Source of the DNA: a virus
Strand: one strand, 5' to 3'
IMG/VR virus record: IMGVR_UViG_2875473743_000002
Location: 12,292-76,291 of that record
Length of the DNA: 64,000 nucleotides
Positions within the stretch are counted from its first letter, which is position 1, and the number at the start of each line of letters is the position of its first letter. The notes under the pieces are model-generated. The model was not told the DNA's origin. It saw nothing but the letters and a program-made list of their open reading frames with translations, and ran no database searches. The position numbers and the translations under genes are program-made. Of this stretch, positions 36,881-47,407 are shown in pieces.

Positions 36881-36882
36881 AC

Positions 36883-37122
36883 ATGGATATATCTCTGGAT
36901 GAGGTAAAAGAATATCTGCGTATTGATGGAGATGAGGAGGATTCCCTTATCTCCTTTTTTATTTCCGCAGCGAAGACGCATCTGGAAAACGCCGGTGTAA
37001 CCGACAAGGAATCTGAATTATATAAATTGGCCGTCCTCATATACGTCACAGACGCGTATGAAAATAGATCAACGGCATTGAGTGGAAATAAAGTAGCTGG
37101 AATCGTATTGCAACTGAGGTGA
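36883..37122 (+). CDS. Head-tail connector (gp6-like)
   Basis: LDEVKEYLRIDGDEED..I..FISAAK. Confidence 0.85.
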   Translation: MDISLDEVKEYLRIDGDEEDSLISFFISAAKTHLENAGVTDKESELYKLAVLIYVTDAYENRSTALSGNKVAGIVLQLR

Positions 37123-37126
37123 TCTC

Positions 37127-37462
37127 GTGAAAACAGGCGATTTTAACAAGCGAATCACATTTCTTCGGTTTACCGAAACGACAAACGGTGAGGGATTCGA
37201 AATAAAGGAATGGTTACCGGTTGCGACCGTCTGGTCAGCGGTTAAGACGGTCCAGGGGCGTGAATTTTACCAGGCTGGCGCAGTACAGGCGGACAGAACA
37301 GCACGATTTGTTATTCGGTATTCAAAACGGATGAAGTCGCTTCTTAGAAATGACTTGCGCATTTCATACGCGGGAAGGACGTTCGAAATAGAAAGCTTTA
37401 TAAATGACGATGAACGTAACGTCACCTTTACGTTAGTGACGAAGGAGGTCGGAATCAAATGA
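37127..37462 (+). CDS. Head closure protein
   Basis: FNKRITF...TVWSAV...GREFY...RFVIRY. Confidence 0.85.
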   Translation: MKTGDFNKRITFLRFTETTNGEGFEIKEWLPVATVWSAVKTVQGREFYQAGAVQADRTARFVIRYSKRMKSLLRNDLRISYAGRTFEIESFINDDERNVTFTLVTKEVGIK

Positions 37463-37881
37463 GCATTCAGATTTCCGGGCTTGACGAAGTAATGCGAAAC
37501 ATCCAACGTATGGGCAATCGGGCTAATTCATTAAAATCCGGCGCATTAGATGCCGGAGCAAAGCCTATCTATAAAACTATGGAAGATAACAACCCAAGTA
37601 AAAGATACAAGATCGCTGTCGAAAAAAGTAAGTCAGACGAAGTAGTAATCGGTCCTGAAAAAGACTTTTTCACAGCGCATTTTCTTGAATTCGGCACAAG
37701 CCCACACCTTATAAAACTGCGAAAAGCCAAGATACAAACAGACGGCCAAGTTGTTTACGGTAAGGAAATTAACCACCCAGGGCACGCTCCTCGACCATTC
37801 GTTGAGCCGTCTTTTATTGCGTCTAAGGAAGATGCGCAACAAGAGATTGTTAACTACCTGAGAAGGAATTTATTGCCATGA
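37459..37881 (+). CDS. HK97 gp10-family tail-completion protein
   Basis: ISGLDEV...HFLEFGT...PRPFVEP. Confidence 0.85.
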   Translation: MSIQISGLDEVMRNIQRMGNRANSLKSGALDAGAKPIYKTMEDNNPSKRYKIAVEKSKSDEVVIGPEKDFFTAHFLEFGTSPHLIKLRKAKIQTDGQVVYGKEINHPGHAPRPFVEPSFIASKEDAQQEIVNYLRRNLLP

Positions 37882-38222
37882 GTCTACGGAGTCTAGTAAT
37901 GGCGACTTTAAAGGATATTGGCGTACCTGTTCGATTTATTACGTATTCGGGCGACGAGGATACGTACATTCTCTTTTATGTTTATACCGTATCTGACGCA
38001 CTTTCAATGGAGGATGAAGAAACTTTCGCTAATCACTATGTTCAGATTAGTATCTTCACAAAAGACCCGACAAAATATTCAGAATTAGAAAAAGAGGTAA
38101 AGAGCCGGCTCAAACGAGCTGGCTTTTTTCGTTCAAACGAGCAGGACCTTTATGAAAACGAAACCGAGCTTTTTCACAAAGTCTTGCGTTATGGGACGAC
38201 ACTAAATACGGAAGAGGAGTGA
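37878..38222 (+). CDS. Tail terminator protein
   Basis: Position; YVQISIFT, DLYENETELFHK. Confidence 0.75.
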   Translation: MSLRSLVMATLKDIGVPVRFITYSGDEDTYILFYVYTVSDALSMEDEETFANHYVQISIFTKDPTKYSELEKEVKSRLKRAGFFRSNEQDLYENETELFHKVLRYGTTLNTEEE

Positions 38223-38230
38223 AGCAACCT

Positions 38231-38812
38231 ATGGCAAAAGGCGTACGCGTAGGTTTAAAAAATATACACTTTGCGAAAATTCTAACGGAAGATGAGAACG
38301 GAGTTACTTACGATACTCCGGTTAAAATCGGAAATGCGATCGAAGCAAGTATCACACCGAACACAAACAGCGAAACTCTATATGCTGATGACGGCCCTTC
38401 AGAAGTTGAATCTTCGTTGGGAGAAACGGAAGTTGAAATCGGTATCGATCAATTATCAACTACTGCACAGGCGTTGTTGCTCGGTCACACTATTCTTAGC
38501 GATGGTGTACTAGAGAAGAAAGAAACGGATATCGCACCGTACGGAGCGTTGCTTTTTGAGTCAGCTACTACTGGAGGGAAATCTAAACTTTACGCGCTAT
38601 ATAAAGGGAGATTCCAGCCGCAAGAGGAGTCTTTTGCAACTAAAGGAGATAGCCCGGAATTCCAAACCGACTCTATTTCTGGTGTATTTGTACGACGCGA
38701 TCACGACAAGGTTTGGCAACGTAGCGTATTTACGGGAGATGAGGGCGTGAAAGCAGAGGTTATTGAAAACTGGTTTAAGAAAGTTTACGAACCAACAACC
38801 TCTACTCCCTGA
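38231..38812 (+). CDS. Major tail protein (phi13 family)
   Basis: VGLKNIHFA, LYADDGP, LYKGRF. Confidence 0.9.
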   Translation: MAKGVRVGLKNIHFAKILTEDENGVTYDTPVKIGNAIEASITPNTNSETLYADDGPSEVESSLGETEVEIGIDQLSTTAQALLLGHTILSDGVLEKKETDIAPYGALLFESATTGGKSKLYALYKGRFQPQEESFATKGDSPEFQTDSISGVFVRRDHDKVWQRSVFTGDEGVKAEVIENWFKKVYEPTTSTP

Positions 38813-39077
38813 TGCGCCCCAGAATCTACGGTACGACAGTACGACAGATTCTATTACAGTTGAATGGGATCCCGTAGATGGGGCGACTTCATACAACGTT
38901 TACAGAGGCGCAGACAAGAAATTCGCTGAAAACGTGACGCAACCTAAGTATGTAACAACCGGCATGAGTCCGGATACTAAACTCACAATTAACGTAACGG
39001 CTGCTAATGAGTCCGGCGAGTCTCCTATGAGCGAAATTGTGACACAAACGAAGACGAAAATAGAAACGGAGAGCTAA
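38811..39077 (+). CDS. FN3 extension of the major tail protein reached by +1 frameshift
   Basis: CCC-TGA at tail end; +1 frame PDAPQNL...ITVEWDPVDGATSYNVY. Confidence 0.8.
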   Translation, partial: DAPQNLRYDSTTDSITVEWDPVDGATSYNVYRGADKKFAENVTQPKYVTTGMSPDTKLTINVTAANESGESPMSEIVTQTKTKIETES

Positions 39078-39095
39078 GTTTTTAGCTCTCTTTTT
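39069..39095 (+). terminator. Intrinsic terminator-like hairpin inside the late operon
   Basis: GAGAGCTA...TAGCTCTC followed by TTTTT. Confidence 0.65.
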
Positions 39096-39128
39096 ATTAA
39101 AAAAATAAAGAAATTAGGAGTGTGGGTT

Positions 39129-39464
39129 ATGCAAATCACATTAATGATTGATGGTGAAGAGAAGGTATTTCAAGCACCTTTCGTAAAGGGGCGTATGTTG
39201 CGGGAAGCTATTAAACTTTCGAAGTCGAGCAACTTTGATGATTTGGATGTTGAAGATTTGGACGCATTGGTAGGTTACGTAGTCCGAGTTTATGACGAAC
39301 AATTCGATATCGATCAATTTTATGACGGGATTTCTTCTGAAAAACTAATTCCTACAATTACGGAAACAATCCAACAAGTCGTTGGAACTGTAGCTGTTCC
39401 AAATGAACAAGTTGGCGAGAACAAAGAAACTGAAGCGCAGGCAATCGGTGAGGTAAAAAACTAA
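39129..39464 (+). CDS. Tail assembly chaperone (gpG-like)
   Basis: Between tail and tape-measure genes; ends at A AAA AAC slippery heptamer. Confidence 0.8.
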   Translation: MQITLMIDGEEKVFQAPFVKGRMLREAIKLSKSSNFDDLDVEDLDALVGYVVRVYDEQFDIDQFYDGISSEKLIPTITETIQQVVGTVAVPNEQVGENKETEAQAIGEVKN

Positions 39465-39475
39465 CACCGGGGTAA

Positions 39476-39688
39476 ATTTTACCCCTTGATGTTTTAGATC
39501 AACTTGATAGGGATCTCAAAAAGCTCTATCTCGACAACTCCGAAAAACCCTCGGATATCTATTACCTAGACGAAATGGACATCGGGTGGTTTTGCGAACT
39601 AATGAATTTTAGTGATGGTGGTAGCTCTCACGGAAGCGGAAAAACACAACAAAAACTCGGCTATATCGATCAGATACCGGGTTTTTAG
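39476..39688 (+). CDS. gpT-like -1 frame ORF without its own start
   Basis: 70 open codons (LDVLDQLD...LDEMDIGWFCEL...YIDQIPGF) in the -1 frame. Confidence 0.55.
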   Translation: MLPLDVLDQLDRDLKKLYLDNSEKPSDIYYLDEMDIGWFCELMNFSDGGSSHGSGKTQQKLGYIDQIPGF

Positions 39689-39706
39689 AAGGGAGGTATC
39701 GGAGAT

Positions 39707-42700
39707 TTGGCGACTGAATCAGTCGGATCTATACGCGTTAGTTTAGGTCTAGACAACATTGACTTCTCTCGCGGCCTACAGGACGTTAACAGAAAATTAA
39801 AGGTACTAAACTCGGAATTCAAAGCGGCAATGGCTGGAGCTGGCCGATTCGATAACAGCCTGGATTCATTGCGTAATAAGACCGACATATTAAATCGGAC
39901 TTTACAAACGCAAAAGGCGAAACTTAACGAGTTGAAGCGGCAATATGAAGAGAGCGTAAGGACGACGGGAAGGTATTCGGCACAATCTGAAAAGCTCCTC
40001 GCCCAGTATAATCGAACTGTTGCAGCGGTTCGGAAAACTGAGGATCAATTAGACCTTCTTAACCGTAAAATGCGAGAGCAGAGCAACGGCTTCAGTCAAT
40101 TAGGCGCTAAAATTAGCGCAAGCATTAAGACGATCGATACGAAGTTACGCGTATTGGATTCGTCATTTGAGGCTGCATCAGCCGGCATAAGGGATTTCGG
40201 TTCTACTACCGAGCAACTACGACAAAAATCGGAACATCTTACGCAATCGATCTCGTTACAAGAGCAGCGTCTTAAAAACATCCGCCGATTGTATCTCGAA
40301 GCTAAACGAGCAAAAGGCGAAGATGCTCAGGCGACTCAAGAATTGCGCGTTCAAATGAATCAAGCGACGGCACAACTTCGAACAACTCAAGCCGAACTGG
40401 CCGCAACAAACCGGCAGATCCAATCGAACACAGGCCGTTGGAACGAGCTCGGCAACCGGATGGGCGAAGTCGGAGATCGGATGCGGGACGTTGGCGGTCG
40501 GATGCAATCTGCGGGATCTGAAATCGCGATGTCATTCGGCGTAGCGACAGCGGCTTTAGGCGGAGGTCTTGCGGTTTCAACGAAAAAAGCGATGGACTTC
40601 GAGCAGCAGATGTCGAGCGTGAAGGCGGTCATGAATCCGGCAGAAGCCAACCAATACAGCGCTGCCCTTACGGAATTAGCCATTAAACTCGGTGCTGATA
40701 CGAAATACAGTGCGCTTGAAGCTGCGCAAGGTATGGAAGAACTCGTAAAGGCCGGTGTATCTACGAAGGACATACTGAATGGCGCACTTAAGGGCGCGCT
40801 ATCGCTTGCGACAGCGGGAGAGTTAGAGCTTGCGGATGCGGCGGAAATTGCGTCGACTGCACTGAATGCGTTTAAAGACGATAACATTAGCGTTGCACAG
40901 GCAGCAGATATTCTCGCAGGGGCCGCAAACTCTTCTGCAACAACGGTTGGAGAGATGCGGTATGGTCTTCAAATGACATCCGCAGTAGCGGCTGGAATGG
41001 GTCTTTCTTTTAAAGACACGGCTACTACATTGGCTCTTTTCGCTCAGAATGGACTGAAAGGGTCCGACGCAGGTACTTCAATGAAAACGATGTTAAGTCG
41101 TTTAGTACCTATGACAAAGGCTCAGTACGAGACAATGCACGATCTTGGTCTAGTCACCCTTGATACTTCCGAAGCTTTTAAACGTATGGCTGATAAAGGC
41201 TTCAAACCAGCGAGTAAAAATATCGGCGATATATACGAGGCACTTAACAAGTATGTTGAAAAGACGACAGGAGCGAAGCAAGGGACCGAAAAGTTCGAGA
41301 AGGCCTTTGACAAAGCCACTCGGAGTCTTGGAATCATGGACAATAAATTTTTTGATGCTAACGGAAATATTCGGAGTATGACAGAAATATCTGGAGAGCT
41401 TTCTAAAGCGCTTGACGGTTTGTCCGCAAAAGATAAACAAGAAGCCCTTTACAATATTTTCGGTAGTGACGCTATTCGAGGCGCGTTGATTCTTGGTAAG
41501 GAAGGAAGTAAAGGCTTCGATAAAATGGCGGCTGCAATGGATAAAATTAAGGCCGATAATGTTGCTGCTGAAAAAATGAATAACCTTAAGGGTAAAATCG
41601 AAGAGCTTTCCGGTGCCGTAGAAACTGCACAAATTTCATTTGGTAATGCGCTAACCCCAGCTATCTCTGCACTCGTTTCTGTGCTTCAGAGCGCGACGGA
41701 CTGGTTTAACGGTCTATCTAAAGGAATGCAATCGTTCGTAGCTATTTCTTTAGTGGTTACAACTGTAATTATGGGCATTGTTGCAGCGTTAGGTTTTTTA
41801 ATGCTAGGTGTCGGCCAAATGATATCTGGACTCGGGACTGTAAGCGGTCTTTTAAAAGGTTTGATAAAAAGTGAAAAGTTTATAAAGGTTTTAGGTGTTG
41901 CATTCGGAGCACTTACGAGTCCGATCGGCCTTACGGTTCTTGGCATAACCGCGGTAGGAGCAGCACTTGTAATCGCGTACAAAAAGTCTGAGAAATTCCG
42001 TAATTTTGTGAACGGTGCCTTTGAGTCAGTTAGAAATGTGACGGTTACGGCATTCAGCAGTATTGCGGCAGTGGTAGGCGACACATTTAATTTTATACAA
42101 AAAGCTTCGGTAGCCGGATGGGAGAGATTTGCTGACGGCGTCTCCGTTATTGTTCCGGCAGTACGACAGCGATTTGCTAACGTGGTTAATTCGATAGGTG
42201 AATTCGTTTCAAACATCGGATCGTCGATCGCAGATAGATTCGGTTCCGGACTAGCGGATAGAGCCGGCTCCGCAGTAGATTTATTCATTCAGAATTTAAG
42301 GGCTGCGTTTTCGAGCGTGGGCGGAATCATATCGATTTTAGCGCCAACCGTGACTGCGTTAGGGCTGGCGATGGCCGGAGTTTCCGGATCTATTGGTTTT
42401 GTCATCACCTCTCTTGTTAGTCTAGCCGGTTTTTTATTCCGACTATATCAAACAAACGAAGAGTTTAGAGCGTCTGTACAGAACGCCTGGTCACAGATTA
42501 TGTCGGTGATCGGTAACGTTGTAGTTGCGATTCAGCCAATCATAAATCAATTTATCGGGTATTTTTCGGATATTGCAGCAGAGCTTGCACCTGAATTCGC
42601 GAAAACGGGCGAAGTCATAATGTCCAGCATTAGTTCGTTAGGACCAACGTTTACTGAGCTCGGAAATGCTTTTGGGGAATTGTGGACAACGTTAGGTCAA

Positions 42701-45007
42701 TCATTCTCTGAAATTGCGGTTCAGATAGCGCCGGTAATCCAGGAATTAGGCGTGACTTTCGCGGCGTTTCTACCGCAAGTTGTAACTTTGGTTGGACAGT
42801 TGATTCAGACATGGGCATCTTTCCAAGTCCAATTCGCACAACTTATTATGCAAGTCGCATCGGTACTATTGCCAATGTTAGCTCAAGCATTTACATCTTT
42901 GCTTCCGCTGATTTTACAAATCGTATCGTCTGTACTTCCAATAGTGCTACAGTTGATTCAGTCCCTTGTTCCAGTAGTAACCACTATTGCGACTACCTTG
43001 TTACCAATTTTGCTACAGGCGTTTCAATCAATTTTCCCGCCAGTACTGGCGATAATTCAGTCTGTAGTGCCTATCGTCGCTAATCTGTTAACATCAGTTG
43101 CTCAAATCTTGAGTCAGTTGGCTGTAACCTTGCTACCACTCATTCTGCAAGTTGTTCAGGCTGTTTTCCCTGTTGTAACAAGCATCATTCAGATTGCCAT
43201 GCAGGTAGCCGTAACGGTTTTACAGTTAGTGGCAACTATAATTCGTACTGTTCTTATCCCAGCGATCCAATTCGTGCTGAAAATTGTGCAAGTCGTGTTC
43301 CCTGTAGTTGTTAGTGTAATCCAAAACGCACTCAATATCGTGATCAACGTAGTTAAGTTTTTCACTGCGCTACTAAAAGGCAATTGGAGTGCGGTCTGGA
43401 ATGCGATACTTGGGATTCTGAAAAGTATTTGGAACATAATCACCGCAGTAATCCGAGGAGCTGTAAATGTAGTCCTCACACTCTTTTCTGGATTGGTCAA
43501 TGGGGCAGTTAGCGCCTGGAATTTCTTGAAGGACAGAACAGTAGGTTTGTTCAAATCAATCGGGAAATTTGCGGCCGACACGTTCCACAACATGATCGAG
43601 GGAGCAAAGGCGCTACCAGGTGAAATTGGTGACGGAATAAAAAATATGGCCGGCAGAGCTCTATCCGGAGTTAAATCTCTAGGAAATACGATGATCGGCG
43701 GACTTGAAGGAATTATCAATGGCTTGACGCAAAAAGGGATTAACAAGCTACTCGATACATTCGGGGTGGATAAAAAACTCCGGATCCCTAAACTCGAAAT
43801 TCCGAGGTTCGCTAAAGGTACGCCAGCAGGTGGGCACAAAGGCGGTCTTGCTATCTTAGGAGATGGAGGCGGTCCGGAGTTATTCCGTACACCTTCCGGT
43901 TTCACAGGTTTAAGCCCTGGAACCGACACGCTCTTTAATCTGCCAAAGGGGACGCAAGTCTTGCCGCATAAAGAAACACGCGAGGTACTATCTTCTGGAA
44001 TCCCCGCATTCAGGAAAGGTACGAAGAACAAAAGTTTCTTCGATTCTGCTATCGATGTTGGAAAATCCGCTGTTGATGCGGGTAAAGCTGCCGTAAACAG
44101 TGTTAAGGATTTCGCTTTTGATGCGTGGGAATACGTAAGCAATCCGTCAAAACTTATCGCTAAAACGATAGAAAGTCTCGGACTGAAGTTGCCGGATATT
44201 TCCGGAGCTTTCGGGACAATTGCGAAAGGTGCCTTCGGTAAAGTCAAAGATTCCGCCGTCAGCTTTATGAAAAAGAAACTCGCTGACTTTGGTGGAGCTT
44301 TCGGAAGTGGCGATAAAGCGTCCGGAAACGTTAAGCAATGGATTCGGGCGGCGATGGCTAAAACGAATTCGCCAGCTTCTTGGTTCGCCCCACTCGTTAC
44401 AATTGCGATGAAAGAGTCCGGAGGCCGTACGGGTCCGTCTACAATTAACCGTTGGGACTCGAACTGGAGACGTGGTACACCGTCAATGGGTCTTATGCAA
44501 ACGATCAAACCAACGTTTGATGCGTATAAGCTTCCGGGCATGGGCGACATCATGAATCCGGTCCACAACGCGGTTGCGGCTATCCGTTATATCAAATCTC
44601 GCTATGGAAGCCCGTTTAATACTCCAGGCATCAGATCGATGGCGAAAGGCGGTCCGTACAAAGGATATAAAATCGGCGATATTGTGACGCAAAAGCAGCT
44701 CGCCTGGATTGCGGAAGAAGGTCCAGAAGCGATTATTCCGTTGCAAAACCATAGGCAGCGGGCGCAGCAATTATGGACGGCGGCAGGAAGAGAAATCGGT
44801 ATGGATCCGTCTGGTGGAAGTAACGAGGAGGAAATTGCTTTGCTACGGGGACAAAACGCATTACTGCGCCAAACCAACACGTTGCTAACAGGTATTCTAC
44901 GTAAGGATCCGAATGTTATTGTCGACTCGACGGCGCTTACAGACAGTGTAGAAAAAGGCCAAGCACAGAACATCGGATTCAATAAATTGTTGTGGGGTGA
45001 TCGATAA
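39707..45007 (+). CDS. Tape measure protein with C-terminal lytic transglycosylase
   Basis: 1766 aa helical; TP901-type core; KESGG...GLMQ...NPVHNAVAAIRY. Confidence 0.95.
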   Translation: MATESVGSIRVSLGLDNIDFSRGLQDVNRKLKVLNSEFKAAMAGAGRFDNSLDSLRNKTDILNRTLQTQKAKLNELKRQYEESVRTTGRYSAQSEKLLAQYNRTVAAVRKTEDQLDLLNRKMREQSNGFSQLGAKISASIKTIDTKLRVLDSSFEAASAGIRDFGSTTEQLRQKSEHLTQSISLQEQRLKNIRRLYLEAKRAKGEDAQATQELRVQMNQATAQLRTTQAELAATNRQIQSNTGRWNELGNRMGEVGDRMRDVGGRMQSAGSEIAMSFGVATAALGGGLAVSTKKAMDFEQQMSSVKAVMNPAEANQYSAALTELAIKLGADTKYSALEAAQGMEELVKAGVSTKDILNGALKGALSLATAGELELADAAEIASTALNAFKDDNISVAQAADILAGAANSSATTVGEMRYGLQMTSAVAAGMGLSFKDTATTLALFAQNGLKGSDAGTSMKTMLSRLVPMTKAQYETMHDLGLVTLDTSEAFKRMADKGFKPASKNIGDIYEALNKYVEKTTGAKQGTEKFEKAFDKATRSLGIMDNKFFDANGNIRSMTEISGELSKALDGLSAKDKQEALYNIFGSDAIRGALILGKEGSKGFDKMAAAMDKIKADNVAAEKMNNLKGKIEELSGAVETAQISFGNALTPAISALVSVLQSATDWFNGLSKGMQSFVAISLVVTTVIMGIVAALGFLMLGVGQMISGLGTVSGLLKGLIKSEKFIKVLGVAFGALTSPIGLTVLGITAVGAALVIAYKKSEKFRNFVNGAFESVRNVTVTAFSSIAAVVGDTFNFIQKASVAGWERFADGVSVIVPAVRQRFANVVNSIGEFVSNIGSSIADRFGSGLADRAGSAVDLFIQNLRAAFSSVGGIISILAPTVTALGLAMAGVSGSIGFVITSLVSLAGFLFRLYQTNEEFRASVQNAWSQIMSVIGNVVVAIQPIINQFIGYFSDIAAELAPEFAKTGEVIMSSISSLGPTFTELGNAFGELWTTLGQSFSEIAVQIAPVIQELGVTFAAFLPQVVTLVGQLIQTWASFQVQFAQLIMQVASVLLPMLAQAFTSLLPLILQIVSSVLPIVLQLIQSLVPVVTTIATTLLPILLQAFQSIFPPVLAIIQSVVPIVANLLTSVAQILSQLAVTLLPLILQVVQAVFPVVTSIIQIAMQVAVTVLQLVATIIRTVLIPAIQFVLKIVQVVFPVVVSVIQNALNIVINVVKFFTALLKGNWSAVWNAILGILKSIWNIITAVIRGAVNVVLTLFSGLVNGAVSAWNFLKDRTVGLFKSIGKFAADTFHNMIEGAKALPGEIGDGIKNMAGRALSGVKSLGNTMIGGLEGIINGLTQKGINKLLDTFGVDKKLRIPKLEIPRFAKGTPAGGHKGGLAILGDGGGPELFRTPSGFTGLSPGTDTLFNLPKGTQVLPHKETREVLSSGIPAFRKGTKNKSFFDSAIDVGKSAVDAGKAAVNSVKDFAFDAWEYVSNPSKLIAKTIESLGLKLPDISGAFGTIAKGAFGKVKDSAVSFMKKKLADFGGAFGSGDKASGNVKQWIRAAMAKTNSPASWFAPLVTIAMKESGGRTGPSTINRWDSNWRRGTPSMGLMQTIKPTFDAYKLPGMGDIMNPVHNAVAAIRYIKSRYGSPFNTPGIRSMAKGGPYKGYKIGDIVTQKQLAWIAEEGPEAIIPLQNHRQRAQQLWTAAGREIGMDPSGGSNEEEIALLRGQNALLRQTNTLLTGILRKDPNVIVDSTALTDSVEKGQAQNIGFNKLLWGDR

Positions 45008-45829
45008 TTGGCGTACCTGACGATTATAAAGAACGGTGAGACTATCGATCACCGTAAGTACGGCTTAAAGCTTTTGAGCTTTCGTAAAGAATCATTAACA
45101 CACCGGACTAACTACGAGGAAGTAGACGGTCGTCACGGCACGATTGATACCGGAACAACGTTCGGTGAGCGAAAGCTCAAAGCGAAGTTTATGATTCAGG
45201 GCGTAGACCATCTCGATTACCAATTGGTGATCGATGAGGTTTACGCTTTATTTGCGTGCGAAGAACCTATAGAACTAATCGATTCGAGACAGCCCGGAAA
45301 AGTGTGGACGGTAAAACCGAGCAGCACCTTCGAGCCAGAAGACGTAAACCCAAGGACCGGTACATTTGAAATTGAATTTACGTCTCCGATACCGTTTGCG
45401 AGTTCAGTCGGTTCGACACTTGATCCTTTCACATTCGGTGAAAATATTTGGCAGATAGGTCAGGGACTTATACCCGCGGATGAACTTGTCTATATCCATC
45501 GCACTAAAAAATTCAGAATCTATAACGCTGGTAACGTAACAGTCGATCCTTGTAACGAGATGCCTCTGAATATCGTATATTCCGGATCATCCACAAATTT
45601 TGCGATCAAGAATATAACAACGGATCAAACTGTTTCATACAACGGAACAACGAAATCAACCGACAAGATAAAACTCGAGGGGTTGCGCCATCTGAAAAAC
45701 GGTATTAGCGTTTACGGAAATACTAATCGAGGATACATTTCGTTGAAACCTGGGTGGAATGACATCGAACTTTCTGGTACATCTGGAAGTTTCGAAATCT
45801 CGTTTGATTTCTTCTTTTTCTATAAGTAG
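45008..45829 (+). CDS. Distal tail protein (Dit)
   Basis: Follows tape measure; NAGNVTVDP, ISLKPGWN. Confidence 0.85.
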   Translation: MAYLTIIKNGETIDHRKYGLKLLSFRKESLTHRTNYEEVDGRHGTIDTGTTFGERKLKAKFMIQGVDHLDYQLVIDEVYALFACEEPIELIDSRQPGKVWTVKPSSTFEPEDVNPRTGTFEIEFTSPIPFASSVGSTLDPFTFGENIWQIGQGLIPADELVYIHRTKKFRIYNAGNVTVDPCNEMPLNIVYSGSSTNFAIKNITTDQTVSYNGTTKSTDKIKLEGLRHLKNGISVYGNTNRGYISLKPGWNDIELSGTSGSFEISFDFFFFYK

Positions 45830-47365
45830 GTGAATCAATTGAAAATATTAGCGGTTAAAGATGCAACAGGTGTAATGGAGCCGTTGCCAGGCTTTGTGAC
45901 AACGCGAACTGACGGTAGTGACGGTGCGCGGTCGTTAAAAGTTACGGGGGTCAAGACTAAGAATAATCAGTCTGGCTATAACCTTGTCAAAAATGAAAAT
46001 ACACTTATTTTTGATAACGAAGAATATATCATCAAAACCCACCGAGAACGAACGTACCGGAAAGGCGTCGGAGTTGAAGTAACGGCCATCCATCGTATCT
46101 TCGACGACTTAATGAATAACTATATATACGAAGAAAAGACGGGCACGCTTCGATTGGATGCGATGCTCTCTTTTGCATTAGCGGGAAGTGGGTACACTTT
46201 CGAAATAGATACGACAGACTTGCCGATATCTGTCAGGGTAGAAAATTTCGGTTGGAACAATTCGCTTGCTCTTTTTCGTGATATTCTCGAAAAGTTCGGA
46301 GCGGAGTTCGACTATAGAGGCAAGAAAATCTACGTTGCTAAAAAATTCGGCATTCAAAGAGATGATTCATTCTTGCGATATAAGTTCAACGTAAAAGATC
46401 CGCAAAAAGAGATCGATACCAGTAGTTTTTCGACATATATTCGAGGATATGGGAAGAAGGACGAAAAGGGCAATTATTTGTTCGCTGAATATAAGAGCCC
46501 GTTAGCGGAATTCTACGGCATCAAACATGCGGATCCGGTTAAAGACGAACGATACACAGATAAAGAAAGTCTTCTAGCGGCCATGAAAAAGCAGCTAAAC
46601 GATAGCATGGATATATCCCTCACGTTTACTGCAATTGAACTTAAAAGCATGGGGCTGTCTGATATTAAAAAAGGTGATTATGTATGGTGTGTTATTGAGC
46701 CTTTTGATTTGAACGTTCAGCTACGAGCGGTGAGTAGGGAGGATTACTCTGACGAATCCAAATCGCCTACATTTACTTTCGGGTCGATAGCGAAAAAGGC
46801 TTCTGACATAATCGCAAGTTTTAATACAACAAAAAAAGCGGTCGACAAAGTTATTGATACTTCAACTGGAAAAATAAAAGACTCTGCAATAAATATGAAT
46901 GGAATCGCAACCAAGGCGGAACTTCAGTCCCACATAAGTAATACTGTTGTCCATATAACCGCAGAAGAAAGAGCGACATGGAATGCGGCTTCGAATTCCC
47001 TGGATAATCTAGATTCGATTACATGGGCAACTCCAATTCTTAAAAATGGCTGGGTGCAGTACCCAGATCAAAGTTGGAATTATCCGATTCAGTACGGAAA
47101 AGATTTCGTTGGTACAGTCTACCTTCGAGGCGCCATATCCTCAGGTACAATTGGTAACGCTATACCAGCTTTCACTCTTCCAGTTGGATATAGGCCTCCT
47201 TTCCCGTACTTGTTTATCGGAGTTTCGTCAGTGTCTCCAGATGGGATTCCACAGTATTTCCGAGGCGTAGTCACTCCTAGTGGAGATGTGTGCATCGAAA
47301 ACAGTTCTAGTGCAGAGTTGTCGAACCAATTCATCGGTATTTATACGCAATTTAAAGCTGTATAA
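45830..47365 (+). CDS. Tail hub/spike protein (Tal-like) with C-terminal beta-sandwich
   Basis: FSTYIRGYG, HADPVKDERY; C-terminal LKNGW...TVYLRG...FTLP.GYRP. Confidence 0.8.
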   Translation: MNQLKILAVKDATGVMEPLPGFVTTRTDGSDGARSLKVTGVKTKNNQSGYNLVKNENTLIFDNEEYIIKTHRERTYRKGVGVEVTAIHRIFDDLMNNYIYEEKTGTLRLDAMLSFALAGSGYTFEIDTTDLPISVRVENFGWNNSLALFRDILEKFGAEFDYRGKKIYVAKKFGIQRDDSFLRYKFNVKDPQKEIDTSSFSTYIRGYGKKDEKGNYLFAEYKSPLAEFYGIKHADPVKDERYTDKESLLAAMKKQLNDSMDISLTFTAIELKSMGLSDIKKGDYVWCVIEPFDLNVQLRAVSREDYSDESKSPTFTFGSIAKKASDIIASFNTTKKAVDKVIDTSTGKIKDSAINMNGIATKAELQSHISNTVVHITAEERATWNAASNSLDNLDSITWATPILKNGWVQYPDQSWNYPIQYGKDFVGTVYLRGAISSGTIGNAIPAFTLPVGYRPPFPYLFIGVSSVSPDGIPQYFRGVVTPSGDVCIENSSSAELSNQFIGIYTQFKAV

Positions 47366-47407
47366 TAGGCAGTCATGCCAGGGTGAAAATAGCAAAGGAG
47401 GAGACAG

